A DNA stretch of 64,000 nt from an uncultured bacterium (GCA_964482725.1 CAYZYT010000004.1:23824-87823), one strand, 5' to 3'. Positions 1 to 11,025 are shown, counted from the first letter of the stretch. Notes: generated by a model not told the origin, from the sequence alone. A program made the numbers and translations.

Positions 1-700
1 GTTCAAATCTAACGCCGCTCCACTGCTCACCGTCACGCCTGAAGTATTAAGCGTCCCGTTGCCCAAAGCACCCGCCGCGCCGAGTTGCAAAATACCGCCC
101 GTAACGCTCGTCGCTCCGGTATAAGTGTTGGCTCCGGAAAGAGTGGTCGTCCCGGTCCCGGCCTGCGTGAATGATCCCGTGCCGCTGATCGCGTTGCCGG
201 CTCCGATCGTAAACGCATCGTTCTGGTTGATCGTCAGGTTCCCGCTATTCGATACCAACCCGCTCCCAAGAGCGCCCCCAGCGCCGCCATTCCCGATCTG
301 CAAAGTCCCTGCGGTAATGGTCGTGGTGGTGCTGGCATTGGTGTCACTGGTGAGTGTGAGCTTATCTGTTCCAACTTTCGTCAAACCAAAAGCGCCGTTG
401 ACTCCGCCGCTTAGCGTAATGTCTCCGTTGCTGCTGCCGATACTGCTTGCGGATTGCAATGTCACTGCGCCGCCATACGTCGCCGCTGTGTTGTTACTAT
501 TAGTCAAAGCACCGACTGTACCGGTCGATGTGGTTCCATTGAGATTCAAAGGTACAGCGTTGGCCGTCAGGGCAATCCCGTTCAAATCTAACGCCGCTCC
601 ACTGCTCACCGTCACGCCTGAAGTATTAAGCGTCCCGTTGCCCAAAGCACCCGCCGCGCCGAGTTGCAAAATACCGCCCGTAACGCTTGTCGCGCCGGTG
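1..700. repeat. Intragenic direct repeat: 1-~120 recurs at 580-~700 (579-bp offset)
   Basis: gttcaaatctaacgccgctccactgctcacc... is near-identical at 1 and 580. Confidence 0.9.
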
Positions 701-3700
701 TAGGTGTTCGCTCCGGAAAGAGTGGTCGTCCCGGTCCCTGCTTTGGTGATACCGCCCGCGCCGCTGACAATACCTGTGATCCCAGAAAGGGCGTCGTCGT
801 TATTTACCGTCAACAGCTTGCCCCCGTTATTTACAGCGGCAAGAGTAATCGTCCCCGCCCCACTGACTAACGTTAAATCATCACCAAGCGTGACCGCACC
901 CGTAAATGTAATATCATCGCCCAAGAGACCTCCGCTCGTTACGGTCGTAGGTGCAGCGGCTGTATTCACGACACCGTTGAACCTGAGAGAATGACCCGAG
1001 CTCGTGTAAGTCGTCCCGTTCAAATGAATGTTGGTCGCATTAATATCCTGCGCGCCCGAGGTGAACACGTTGTTCAGGTCCGCCGTAGCTGCGCTCGTAA
1101 CCGTAAAACTCGTCAGATTGTTCGCATGGCCTGCGCTCGTGCCCACAATCCCGCCGACATTCACATCCCCGGCTCCCGCCACGAGATCAAGGGTGAAAGC
1201 GCCGTTGATCGTGCCGGTTCCGTCAAAAATGATGTCGTCCAGAGCGCCGGCGTCGGAGGTGATCGTGCTGTTGGCGGCAAGAGTCGTGGCGCCCGTGAAC
1301 GAAAGAACTCCCACGCCCGTGCTCGTGTACGTCGTCCCGTTCAAATGAATGTTGGTCGCATTAATATCCTGCGCGCCCGCGGTGAACACATTGTTCAGGT
1401 CCGCCGTAGCCGCGCTCGTAACCGTAAAACCCGTCAGATTGTTCGCATGGCCTGCGCTCGTGCCCACAATCCCGCCGACATTCACATTGCCGAGACCGGC
1501 TACGAGATTAAGAGTATTCGCGCCGTTGACTGTACTCGTGAAATCTATATTGCCACCCGCTCCATTAGCTACCGTACCTACTCCGCCGCTGGTATTTATC
1601 GTGACGGCTGTGCCGAGCGTTGCAGGATCACTTAGGGTGACCGTCGCGCCAGCTCCTCCCGTCCCTGTGTTAGACGCTCCGCCAATCGCGGATAAATTAC
1701 CGTTTAAGGTAATGGCCTGGCCGCCGGAAACAAGCGTGATGATCCCGGCCGCTCCGCCGTTAAATCCAGTCCCTGCTCCGCCAGTCGTTGTTATATTGTT
1801 TACTGCCATAGCCCCGTTGTTTGTGTTTATCGTCACCGCTCCACCTGTCCAGCCGGTTCCGGCAGCATTGGCAGCGCCAGTTGTATTTAAATTACCGGCT
1901 AAAGCTACGGTACCGCCACCGCCAGTCACATCTATATCAATAGCGCCGGAAGTCGTTCCCGTTGCGCCCGCGGCTGCAGTGGTCGTGATGGAATGGCCTG
2001 AGTCGAGAGTCACTGCGGTAGTGGCACTGACATCAACCAGGGCTCCCACGGTGGTCACGTCTTCATTAATATTGATCGTGGCGCCCGTTAATGTCGTTGT
2101 TGCACTCCCCGATGCAAGGGATCCATTGGTGGTGAGGGTGCCACTGCCGGCATTGAGCGTTAAGGAGCCATTCGCGACAGCGGTTGATAAAGCTCCCGCA
2201 ACCGTCAAACTATTATTTCTGCTGTTGACGTCTAAATCTCCGCCTAGGGTGGATGTCGCCAATGTGGTATTCACATTATTCACCACGGTCGCATCACCGG
2301 TTGTGCCGCTGGTGCTCAGGGTAATGGCTCCGGCCAAAGCATTCGATGTGTTGTCTAGCGTAATGGCCTTATTGGCTACGTCGGTGGTAAAGCTTGAAGT
2401 GCCTGCCACGGTTAAAGCACCGGTCTGGGTGATCGCCTCGCCTGACCTTGCCGTTAAACTGCCTTCTACGGTGGACAAGCCGAGTTTTAAGGCGGTGGTT
2501 CCGTTATCAACGGCAGCATCCGCGGTGTGAGCGCCGGTGGAAGTGGTGGTAAGAGTGACGCTCCCTGTCACATTGAGCTGATCTAAATTGATGTCGGCAT
2601 TGTCGCCTAATGAGATGAATGCTGCGTCACCCGTTACGGTGAATGTCCCGTTATCCGTGATACCGTTAGTGGTAGCGGTGATGTTTGCATTTCCGCCTAT
2701 GCCGGTATTACTCGTCAGCTGGACATCATCATCATTAACTATAGTGGCATTACCAGAGCCATGGGTATCCAGCGTGATCGCGCCATCAACCCGCAGTAAA
2801 TTAAGATCGATCGCGCCGTTACTGGCGACCGTGGCGAAACTCGCATTACCGGCAACGCTCACGATGCCGCTGTCCGTAATATTATTCCCGGTATGAGCGG
2901 AAAGATCCCCGCCTATCGTTGAAGCGCCAAGGTCTAAGGCCGTGATGCCGTTATCTAAAAGCACATCGCCCGAAGCGCCGCTCGTAGTGAAGCTGACCGC
3001 CCCCGAAAGTGCGTTGGTATTCCCTAATGTAATCGCTTGATCAGCGACGGTGGTGGCGAAGTTAGACGTGCCACCCACGGTTAAGGCCGTTCCGACGGCT
3101 TGCGTGATCGCGCCGCCGGCGGTTAAATTCAAAATGCCGGTAATGCTGGTTGTTCCCATCTCTAAAGCATTGACATCTACCAGGGTTGCATTGGTTCCGT
3201 TGACAATGCTGACCGCGCCGGTGAAATTATTCGTGGCGGTATTCAGCACGATGCTATTTGCCGCGCCGGGCGTAAGCGTCGTGGTCCCGCTAACAAGAAG
3301 CGCTCCTTCATCGGTGATATTACCGCTGGAAGTCACGACCAAATCGCCGGAGATGGCTGAATCGCCATTGGCATTGCCCAAGATAATGGCATTCGTATCA
3401 TTTAAGGTGACATCGTGGCCGCTTACAACGCGCACACCGCCGGTAAAGTTATTGGCAGCATCAAGCACGATGTTGTTGCCTGAGCCCGCGGTTAAATCCG
3501 TGGTCCCGCCGACAGTCACTGCGCCTGAGTCGCTGATCCCGCCCGCATTTGCCGTAGCGGAAAGATTCCCGCCAATTCCGGTCGCGTTGAAATCAATATC
3601 CGAGGTGTTGACGATGGTGGCATGACCTGTCGCGCCCGTCGTGCTTAATGCAATCTTCCCTGCAACCGCGAGAGTATCTAAATTGATATCCGCATTTGAA

Positions 3701-6700
3701 GCCGAAGTGGTGAAGGAAGCATCCCCGCCTACGGTTACGGTGCCGGTGTCGGAAATGGTGCCGTTCGCATCATCGGTTGTTACTGTAAGATCATGGCCGA
3801 TGCCGGACGTGGCAAGGATTGTTCCTCTTGCGCTGGTCGTGTGATTAAAAACAGTCGCATCGCCTGTTCCTCCCGTCGTATTTAATGTAAGATCGCCCAC
3901 AAGGTCGTTGGCCGCATTGGTCATGATGATGTCAGCGCCACTGCCCGCAGAGAAGGTCGTAGAACCTGAGGCTGTGCTGCACGTCACTTTTGAACCTAAA
4001 TTTAAATCGCCCGCTGTGGTGGCCACGGTCCCGGCCACGTTAATGACGCTGGGAGCTGCTGCAATGACACCATTCCCAAAAGTCGTGACGTCACCGGATT
4101 CATTTCCAAGGGTCACCGTGCCGCCATTCAAAAAGGTTGTCGTTCCGGCTATCGAATTCGTTGTGCCAGTAATGGATACGTTGTACCCATTGGCGGTTGT
4201 GGTCAATGCCGTGGTGACTGTCAAATTTCCCGCAAACGATACCGTCGTTCCATCCGCAGTGTCCGTGATCAGGAGGTTCTTCGCATCCACCGAACTGCCA
4301 AAAGACGTTCCGCCTGATTGCGTGATCGTCAACTGATCAAGCGCGTTCCCCGAGGCACCCACAGCGCCGCCGACACTGACTGCTCCGGTGGTATTGATGA
4401 TCAAGGTTTCAGAACCAGCCGCCGCATCACCGAGCACCGAAGACAGGTTGATCGCGTTATTAATTCCGGTACCGACGGTGAGTTGCTTGGTGTTGTTGAG
4501 AGTGACCGCGCCAAGAGTGATAGCACCGGTAGAAGCTCCGCCGATTGCGACAACATCTGTGACTGTGACACCCGTGGAACCGAGGTTGATAACGCCGCTT
4601 GTTGCCGTAATCGTCCCAGCGATATTCTTCAAACCCGAAGTGGCTACCACGCCAGCCGCGAAGGTGTTTGAATCGCCAACCGCGTCGCCGATCGTCGTCG
4701 TGCCACTGTTCAAAAACGTCGTCGTCCCGGCAATCGAATTGGTCCCCCCGGTGAGGGATACATTATAACCACGGGCTGTTGTGATCAACCCCGTGTTGAT
4801 GATGGTATCCCCCGCAAAGAGAATCGTTCCACCATTTGATGTGTCTGAAATGGTTACTGTGTTGGCTTTAACAAGCCCAGAAAATGTAACGCCTAAAGTG
4901 CTACGTGTGATGGTAACATCCCCGGCTGTCGTTGTTCCAATGTCGCCTGTAGTTACGAGACCGCCGGCCTCTGTGATAGTCAAACCGCCGGTAAGATCGA
5001 CCATGGTGCCCATGTTGATCGCGATACTACTCGCTGCAGTTGACCCTATATTAAGTTTGTTGCCGCCGCTTGTAACATTTCCGATGGTCAAAAGGCCCGT
5101 GGCCGCGCCTGCGCCTGGAACAGCATTAATAGTAGCAACGCCCGATAAAGACACGCTATCAAAGGCCAATCCCTGAACACCCGAAGTTGTAAGGGCGCTC
5201 CCTATCCCTAGGGTTAGCGTATTACCACCCCCGATATTCAAAATGCCGAGACCCTGAGTCACGCCCGCGCCTCCGCTCAACCTGTCGGAATTAATTCTGG
5301 CATCGCCAGTCATCGTTACATCGCGACCAAAATCGAGGCCCGTATCATTGGCAAGACTCAAAATACCGCCTGACATCGAGACGGAGGCGGCACCCGTGCC
5401 CAAGGCCTGATTGCTGGTCGTCGCTTTAAGCGTGCCGGCAGAAATGGAAGTAACACCTGTGTAGGTATTAACGCCCGAAAGAGTTTGGGTGCTGGCGCCA
5501 TCTTTGTATAATCCGCCGGTCCCTGAAATTACGCCTGCAAAATTCGTGGTTCCCGTTGTCGCCCCGATTGTCAAAGTTTTCGCGTTGAGATTGACAAGAG
5601 AAGTTGTCGCGCCGGTAAGAGAAGCTATCGCTTGGTCTTCCCCAAGCGCCAACTTAGAACCCCCCGCACCCGAATCATCTATCGTTACGGCGCTGCGTGT
5701 CGCTGCGGGCATTGCCCCTGCCACATTCGCGTTCAAAATTCCAAGGCCTGCTCCCGAGGTGCTACGAATCGTCGTCGGTCCCACATAAGAATTTGCGACA
5801 TCGAGATTGACCGTCACACCATCCACCACAAGGTCGGAATTGGCGGAAGCTCCGCTGATACCTATCGTGTTCACCGTGATCGCGTTTGTTCCGGTTAACG
5901 TTAGTGTGGTTCCGTTTTTGATCAAGCCGCCTGAAAGCGTCAGTGTGCCAGTGCCGGTGTTGCTGATCGTGCCGTTGCCAGCTCCGATAGTCACGGCCTT
6001 AGCCAGTGTGCCCGTCGCCCCTGTGTATTGCAACGTCCCTCCACCAATGCTTAGGGCCGTATTTTCTCCCAGCGACTGGGCAGCGGTGGCGCTCGCATTA
6101 ACCGTGTTGATGCTTAATATCCCCCCCGCGATCGAAGTTAACCCGGTGTAAGTGTTCAAGCCGGAGCCAGCGAGCGTCACTGTATCCGCCGTTGTTTTAT
6201 TAAGACCCACCGCCCCCGCCAAAACGGATTCAACCAAACCTCTCCGCATGTCATAGGTTGTAGCGCTGGCCAGGGCTGAAGTACCCGACCCGGTAATCCT
6301 GCCTCCATTCAGCAAAGTGATCGAGGCAACGGTGTCGCTGTGATCAACGCCAAGGGCAAAGATAGCGTTCTCGCCGTTCACCGTGAGCGCACTTAAATCA
6401 GAAATCGATCCGGTGGCGCCTTCAGCCAGCGTCCCGTTCGTAACAAGTGTCGCGCCGGTATAAGTATTGGCGCCGGAGAGCGTCCAAGTGCCTGCATCGT
6501 TCTTGGTCAGTGTGCCGGAACCCGTGGTGATCGTCCCGCTGATCAAGCCATTGCCCGCACCTTCAAGCGTAAGATTCTTGTTCGTCGCAGTGATTGCATT
6601 GGCCGCATTGAGTGTGAGCGTGTCCGCATCCGACTGGATCGTTGAATTGTCTACCAGAGTCACCGTACCACCCCAGGTGTTGGAGCCGCTGATATTACGA

Positions 6701-9700
6701 AGAGCTCCGTTAGAGCTCACACCACTGCCCGAGAGGCTCAACGTCTCAGCGCCCACCGTGATACCGTTCTGCAATTCAAGAGCAGCGCCACTGGTCACCG
6801 TCACGCCACCGGCTGTGGTCCCCGTGCCCTGCGCGTTCTGGATATTCAACACGCCCGCGTTCACGGCAGTCGCGCCGGTATAGGTGTTCTCACCAGAAAG
6901 TGTCACTGTATCAGTCGTCGTCTTGGTCAAGCCAACGCTACCCCCGAGGATAGCCGAAGCAGAACCGTTCCGCACATCATAGGTGGCACCACTGGTCAAA
7001 GCCGATGTGCCGGTCCCCGTAATGCTTCCGCCGCTTAGGATCACCGATCCCACCGTGTTGGTGTGATCCGCCCCGAGAGCCAACGTGCCGCCAATGGTCA
7101 AGGGTCTTGTGTTGCCGATCTGGTTGCTCTGAAGCAACCTTACCTCGGCTCCGGAGCTTATTGAAAAAGTATTTACAGAACCGGGAATAGCTTCCGCCAA
7201 GGTGGTGTTTAATTCCAAGACACCTCCCTGGACATAAATGGAAGGGGTAAAAGTATTCGCACCGGTCAGGGTGAGCGTTCCTGAGTCCAGCTTGGTGAGA
7301 AGCCCGCCTCCTCCCGAAATGATGCCTGAAAGCGTCAGATCGCTCGTACCTGAAACCGTCAATCGATTCCCCTGAGTGTTTATATCATTACTTACGGAAC
7401 GCGTACCGCTCGCTTGGAGAGTGCCGTCACTGGCGCCAACAGTGAGCGTGCCTATCCCTAGCGCACTATTATTACCAAGAACAAGCGTGCCTCCCGAAAG
7501 CGAGGTCCCCCCGGTATAAGTGTTTGCGCCGGAGAGCGTCACGGTATCCGCCGTCGTCTTGGCCAAACCATTGCCCCCCCCGAGGATAGCCGAAGCAGAA
7601 CCGTTCCGCATATCGAAGGCCGCTGTGCTGGTTAACGTGCCGCCGGTTCCCGTGATGCTGCCGCTGGTCAGAGCGACAGATGCAACCGTGTCGCTGTAAT
7701 TTCCTATCGCCAGAGTTCCACCCGCTACCGTCAATGCCGCCCCATCTGCCAATCTATCCGCCGCCCCCAATGTCAAAGTTCCACCGTTGATATGGACTGT
7801 CCCGGCATCCGACGAGCCGTTCAATGCCGTGCTGCCGCTGGTCTGTGTCAGCGTGCCTGCGCCCAAGTCGGCGTCGATCGTGCCACCTGTGAACCCATAA
7901 GTCGTTGCGGTTAGTTCCCCTGCGCCGCTGATCGTACCGCCGCTGACGAGACTCGCAACGGTTTCCGCAGCGCCCACGCTCAACGTCGCGCCACTTGCTA
8001 CCGTCACTGCGGATGTGTCCGCAATCGCCGTACCCCCTGAAAGTGACAGCGTTCCCGCGCTCACCGCTGTCGTGCCGGTGTAGGTGTTGGTGTTGGTTAA
8101 AGCGAGAGTGCCTGCGCCAGATTTTGTAAGACCTGCGGTGTTACTACTATCGATAATCCCGCCGAGTGTCACAATCTGGCTGTTGGTATCTAATTTGATG
8201 GCGGCCGCCGTGCTGTTCTTGATGCGTATCGCATAATCCGTTCCCGCACTGGCGGCACTGTACTGCAGTGTCCCTCCGGAAAATGTAATATCTCCTCCGT
8301 TGCCTAACGCACCGGAGCCAGCCGCATCGCCAACGCCGGCATTCAGGGTTCCGGCGCTGAGCGTGGTCGCGCCGGTATAAGTATTGGCGCCGGAGAGCGT
8401 CCAAGTGCCTGAGTCGTTCTTGGTCAGTGTGCCGGCACCCGTGGTGATCGTCCCGCTGATCAAGCCATTGCCCGCACCTTCAAGCGTAAGATTCTTGTTC
8501 GTCGCAGTGATTGCATTGGCCGCATTGAGTGTGAGCGTGTCCGCATCCGACTGGATCGTTGAATTGTCTACCAGAGTCACCGTACCACCCCAGGTGTTGG
8601 AGCCGCTGATATTACGAAGAGCTCCGTTAGAGCTCACACCACTGCCCGAGAGGCTCAACGTCTCAGCGCCCACCGTGATACCGTTCTGCAATTCAAGAGC
8701 AGCGCCGCTGGCCACCGTCACTCCACCGGCTGTGGTCCCCGTACCCTGGCTATTCCGAATATTCAACACGCCCGCGTCCACGGCAGTCGCGCCGGTATAA
8801 GTATTGGTGCCAGAGAGCGTCCAAGTGCCTGCATCGTTCTTGGTCAGTGTGCCGGAACCCGTGGTGATCGTCCCGCTGATCAAGCCATTGCCCGCACCTT
8901 CAAGCGTAAGATTCTTGTTCGTCGCAGTGATTGCATTGGCCGCATTGAGTGTGAGCGTGTCCGCATCCGACTGGATCGTTGAATTGTCTACCAGAGTCAC
9001 CGTACCACCCCAGGTGTTGGAGCCGCTGATATTACGAAGAGCTCCGTTAGAGCTCACACCACTGCCCGAGAGGCTCAACGTCTCAGCGCCCACCGTGATA
9101 CCGTTCTGCAATTCAAGAGCAGCGCCGCTGGCCACCGTCACTCCACCGGCTGTGGTCCCCGTACCCTGGCTATTCCGAATATTCAACACGCCCGCGTCCA
9201 CGGCAGTCGCGCCGGTATAGGTGTTGGCGCCGGAGAGCGTCACTGTATCAGTCGTCGTCTTGGTCAAGCCAACGCTACCCCCGAGGATAGCCGAAGCAGA
9301 ACCGTTCCGCACATCATAGGTGGCACCACTGGTCAAAGCCGATGTGCCGGTCCCCGTAATGCTTCCGCCGCTTAGGATCACTGATCCCACCGTGTCGGTG
9401 CGATTCGCCCCGAGAGCCAAGGTGCCGCCAGCAACTGTCAATGCGGCCGCATCGTCTAAACGATTATTGGCACCAAGCGCAAGAGTACCGCTGTTGATGT
9501 TCACGGTCGTCCCGGCTTCTGTCCCGTTCAGTGTCGTTGTCCCACTTGTAACTGTCACTGTGCCCGCGCCAAGATTCGCGTCCACCGTACCCGCTTGAAG
9601 AGCATACGTCGCGGCCGTCAACGTTTGGCCCGCGCCACCCAACGTACCGCCGGTCTGTGTATATCCAGCTACACCTTCAGCGCCCGCCAGGGTTAATGTC

Positions 9701-11025
9701 CCACCCGCCACGGTCAAGGTCGAAGCAGCATTCAACCGCCCCGCAGAACCAAGACCGACTGTTCCGTTGGAAGTAACCGCACCATCGCCAAGCATTGCAT
9801 TCACTGTCCCGCCGGTCAGGCCGTACGTCGTGGCCGTGAGAGTCCCCGTTGGCGCATTCAGCGAACCTCCGCTCATGTTAAATACGCCGACCGTGTCAGT
9901 ATTCGCTCCGTTCATATCTAAAATACCTGTCCCAGAAACCGTAACCGTCGCCGAATTATCCAAACGATTACTTGAGCCAAGCGTTAACGTCCCGGCGCTG
10001 ATCCCCACTGTCGTAGCGCCCGAAGCCCCGTTTAATGCCGTCGAGCCGGTCACATTCATCGTCCCGGTACCGAGATTGGCCGTCACCGTGCCACCGCTTA
10101 ATCCATAAGTCCCGGCTGTGATTGTGCCCGTGCCGTTGAGAGAACCACTGCTCATATTGAATGTCCCTACAGTATCGGTCAATCCTGCGCCGGTATCTAA
10201 AATGCCTCCAGCAACGGTAACTGTGGATGTATCAATGATCTGGTTTGATTGAACCAGCTCTGCTGTGCCACCGTTGACTGTCAGATTGCCAGCTATCGAA
10301 TTATTACCCGTGGTATTTAAATCCAGTTCGCCCGCCGTCACCGTCGTAAGGCCGGTATAAATATTTGCGCCCGAGAGAACCCAAGTGCCGTTGCCGCTTT
10401 TTGTCACGGCTCGCGTGCCACCGTCTGCTCCATTGCTAATAATGCCGCTGACGGTGTTATTGCCCGTGTCTGTGCCGGTCAGGATAAGTGTCTTTGCGCC
10501 ATTGCCTACACCTGTTATATCTCCAGTGATATTCAATAGAAATTCATCATTAGCACCGTTATTCGTAACGGTGTAATTTCCCGTGTAGGACTGTTTGATA
10601 TCGGCTGCAATAGTTTGTGTCTGCACGACACCGTTATTCACCGTGATCGAACCACCGGCTGTGTTTACCAGGATCTCTTGGGATCCAGCGCCACCCGTAC
10701 CGATCGTATAACTCGCGGCACTAGCCGTATCGAAAATTATTCCTAAAACTGCTGCCCCGCTAACATTGATCCCGGCGACTCCTGCGCCGGCCGCCCCACT
10801 AAATGTCGCAGTATTTGTAGCAAGCGGAAACGCTTTGCCGCCCCAGTTCGCATCAAGATTCCACACATCAGACGTCGTACCCGTCCATGTAGCATCTGCC
10901 GCAAACGCGGGGGTCACGGGTGAAAAGACGAGGGAAAGGGCGGCAACGATGGCAAGGAGCTTTTTCGCCGGCCCTTTTTTCTGGGGCGAGGGATGATTCC
11001 CGAAAAGTTTTTTAAGAGTGATCAT
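1..11025 (-). CDS. Giant secreted beta-helical adhesin / autotransporter-passenger-like protein (>3675 aa, 3' end outside window)
   Basis: ATG at 11025 with AAAGGAG RBS 8 nt upstream. The N-terminus MITLKKLFG...KKLLAIVAALSLVFSPVTPAFA|ADATWTG is a Sec signal peptide. The same frame is open at every position I spot-checked down to base 1. It has many passenger-associated repeats (GTGTTTLSGANTYTGATSV) and a Gly/Thr/Ser/Ala/Asn-rich composition. The plus-strand ORFs in the track are its antisense shadow. Confidence 0.9.
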   Translation of the reverse strand, partial: MITLKKLFGNHPSPQKKGPAKKLLAIVAALSLVFSPVTPAFAADATWTGTTSDVWNLDANWGGKAFPLATNTATFSGAAGAGVAGINVSGAAVLGIIFDTASAASYTIGTGGAGSQEILVNTAGGSITVNNGVVQTQTIAADIKQSYTGNYTVTNNGANDEFLLNITGDITGVGNGAKTLILTGTDTGNNTVSGIISNGADGGTRAVTKSGNGTWVLSGANIYTGLTTVTAGELDLNTTGNNSIAGNLTVNGGTAELVQSNQIIDTSTVTVAGGILDTGAGLTDTVGTFNMSSGSLNGTGTITAGTYGLSGGTVTANLGTGTMNVTGSTALNGASGATTVGISAGTLTLGSSNRLDNSATVTVSGTGILDMNGANTDTVGVFNMSGGSLNAPTGTLTATTYGLTGGTVNAMLGDGAVTSNGTVGLGSAGRLNAASTLTVAGGTLTLAGAEGVAGYTQTGGTLGGAGQTLTAATYALQAGTVDANLGAGTVTVTSGTTTLNGTEAGTTVNINSGTLALGANNRLDDAAALTVAGGTLALGANRTDTVGSVILSGGSITGTGTSALTSGATYDVRNGSASAILGGSVGLTKTTTDTVTLSGANTYTGATAVDAGVLNIRNSQGTGTTAGGVTVASGAALELQNGITVGAETLSLSGSGVSSNGALRNISGSNTWGGTVTLVDNSTIQSDADTLTLNAANAITATNKNLTLEGAGNGLISGTITTGSGTLTKNDAGTWTLSGTNTYTGATAVDAGVLNIRNSQGTGTTAGGVTVASGAALELQNGITVGAETLSLSGSGVSSNGALRNISGSNTWGGTVTLVDNSTIQSDADTLTLNAANAITATNKNLTLEGAGNGLISGTITTGAGTLTKNDSGTWTLSGANTYTGATTLSAGTLNAGVGDAAGSGALGNGGDITFSGGTLQYSAASAGTDYAIRIKNSTAAAIKLDTNSQIVTLGGIIDSSNTAGLTKSGAGTLALTNTNTYTGTTAVSAGTLSLSGGTAIADTSAVTVASGATLSVGAAETVASLVSGGTISGAGELTATTYGFTGGTIDADLGAGTLTQTSGSTALNGSSDAGTVHINGGTLTLGAADRLADGAALTVAGGTLAIGNYSDTVASVALTSGSITGTGGTLTSTAAFDMRNGSASAILGGGNGLAKTTADTVTLSGANTYTGGTSLSGGTLVLGNNSALGIGTLTVGASDGTLQASGTRSVSNDINTQGNRLTVSGTSDLTLSGIISGGGGLLTKLDSGTLTLTGANTFTPSIYVQGGVLELNTTLAEAIPGSVNTFSISSGAEVRLLQSNQIGNTRPLTIGGTLALGADHTNTVGSVILSGGSITGTGTSALTSGATYDVRNGSASAILGGSVGLTKTTTDTVTLSGENTYTGATAVNAGVLNIQNAQGTGTTAGGVTVTSGAALELQNGITVGAETLSLSGSGVSSNGALRNISGSNTWGGTVTLVDNSTIQSDADTLTLNAANAITATNKNLTLEGAGNGLISGTITTGSGTLTKNDAGTWTLSGANTYTGATLVTNGTLAEGATGSISDLSALTVNGENAIFALGVDHSDTVASITLLNGGRITGSGTSALASATTYDMRRGLVESVLAGAVGLNKTTADTVTLAGSGLNTYTGLTSIAGGILSINTVNASATAAQSLGENTALSIGGGTLQYTGATGTLAKAVTIGAGNGTISNTGTGTLTLSGGLIKNGTTLTLTGTNAITVNTIGISGASANSDLVVDGVTVNLDVANSYVGPTTIRSTSGAGLGILNANVAGAMPAATRSAVTIDDSGAGGSKLALGEDQAIASLTGATTSLVNLNAKTLTIGATTGTTNFAGVISGTGGLYKDGASTQTLSGVNTYTGVTSISAGTLKATTSNQALGTGAASVSMSGGILSLANDTGLDFGRDVTMTGDARINSDRLSGGAGVTQGLGILNIGGGNTLTLGIGSALTTSGVQGLAFDSVSLSGVATINAVPGAGAATGLLTIGNVTSGGNKLNIGSTAASSIAINMGTMVDLTGGLTITEAGGLVTTGDIGTTTAGDVTITRSTLGVTFSGLVKANTVTISDTSNGGTILFAGDTIINTGLITTARGYNVSLTGGTNSIAGTTTFLNSGTTTIGDAVGDSNTFAAGVVATSGLKNIAGTITATSGVINLGSTGVTVTDVVAIGGASTGAITLGAVTLNNTKQLTVGTGINNAINLSSVLGDAAAGSETLIINTTGAVSVGGAVGASGNALDQLTITQSGGTSFGSSVDAKNLLITDTADGTTVSFAGNLTVTTALTTTANGYNVSITGTTNSIAGTTTFLNGGTVTLGNESGDVTTFGNGVIAAAPSVINVAGTVATTAGDLNLGSKVTCSTASGSTTFSAGSGADIIMTNAANDLVGDLTLNTTGGTGDATVFNHTTSARGTILATSGIGHDLTVTTDDANGTISDTGTVTVGGDASFTTSASNADINLDTLAVAGKIALSTTGATGHATIVNTSDIDFNATGIGGNLSATANAGGISDSGAVTVGGTTDLTAGSGNNIVLDAANNFTGGVRVVSGHDVTLNDTNAIILGNANGDSAISGDLVVTSSGNITDEGALLVSGTTTLTPGAANSIVLNTATNNFTGAVSIVNGTNATLVDVNALEMGTTSITGILNLTAGGAITQAVGTALTVGGTSNFATTVADQAITLGNTNALSGAVSFTTSGASGDVLLDNGITALDLGASTIGGDLSAHTGNNITDSGIVSVAGNASFATVASNGAIDLNLLRVDGAITLDTHGSGNATIVNDDDVQLTSNTGIGGNANITATTNGITDNGTFTVTGDAAFISLGDNADINLDQLNVTGSVTLTTTSTGAHTADAAVDNGTTALKLGLSTVEGSLTARSGEAITQTGALTVAGTSSFTTDVANKAITLDNTSNALAGAITLSTSGTTGDATVVNNVNTTLATSTLGGDLDVNSRNNSLTVAGALSTAVANGSLTLNAGSGTLTTNGSLASGSATTTLTGATININEDVTTVGALVDVSATTAVTLDSGHSITTTAAAGATGTTSGAIDIDVTGGGGTVALAGNLNTTGAANAAGTGWTGGAVTINTNNGAMAVNNITTTGGAGTGFNGGAAGIITLVSGGQAITLNGNLSAIGGASNTGTGGAGATVTLSDPATLGTAVTINTSGGVGTVANGAGGNIDFTSTVNGANTLNLVAGLGNVNVGGIVGTSAGHANNLTGFTVTSAATADLNNVFTAGAQDINATNIHLNGTTYTSTGVGVLSFTGATTLAANSTITSDAGALDDIIFDGTGTINGAFTLDLVAGAGDVNVGGIVGTSAGHANNLTSFTVTSAATADLNNVFTSGAQDINATNIHLNGTTYTSSGHSLRFNGVVNTAAAPTTVTSGGLLGDDITFTGAVTLGDDLTLVSGAGTITLAAVNNGGKLLTVNNDDALSGITGIVSGAGGITKAGTGTTTLSGANTYTGATSVTGGILQLGAAGALGNGTLNTSGVTVSSGAALDLNGIALTANAVPLNLNGTTSTGTVGALTNSNNTAATYGGAVTLQSASSIGSSNGDITLSGGVNGAFGLTKVGTDKLTLTSDTNASTTTTITAGTLQIGNGGAGGALGSGLVSNSGNLTINQNDAFTIGAGNAISGTGSFTQAGTGTTTLSGANTYTGATSVTGGILQLGAAGALGNGTLNTSGVTVSSGAALDLN
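1000..1490. repeat. Intragenic direct repeat, ~165 bp, 321-bp offset
   Basis: gctcgtgta(a/c)gtcgtcccgttcaaatgaatgttggtcgc... occurs at 1000 and 1321. Confidence 0.9.
6449..9430. repeat. Near-identical 420-bp (140-aa) intragenic modules at 6449, 8366 and 8786; block 6449-~7090 recurs at 8786-~9430
   Basis: Direct sequence identity, mirrored by three near-identical 138-aa antisense ORFs in the track. Confidence 0.95.

Noticed and set aside
125-10996. Many Val/Pro-rich plus-strand ORFs in the track
   Set aside because: Mostly one frame, antisense to the adhesin; shadows of its Gly/Thr-rich codons
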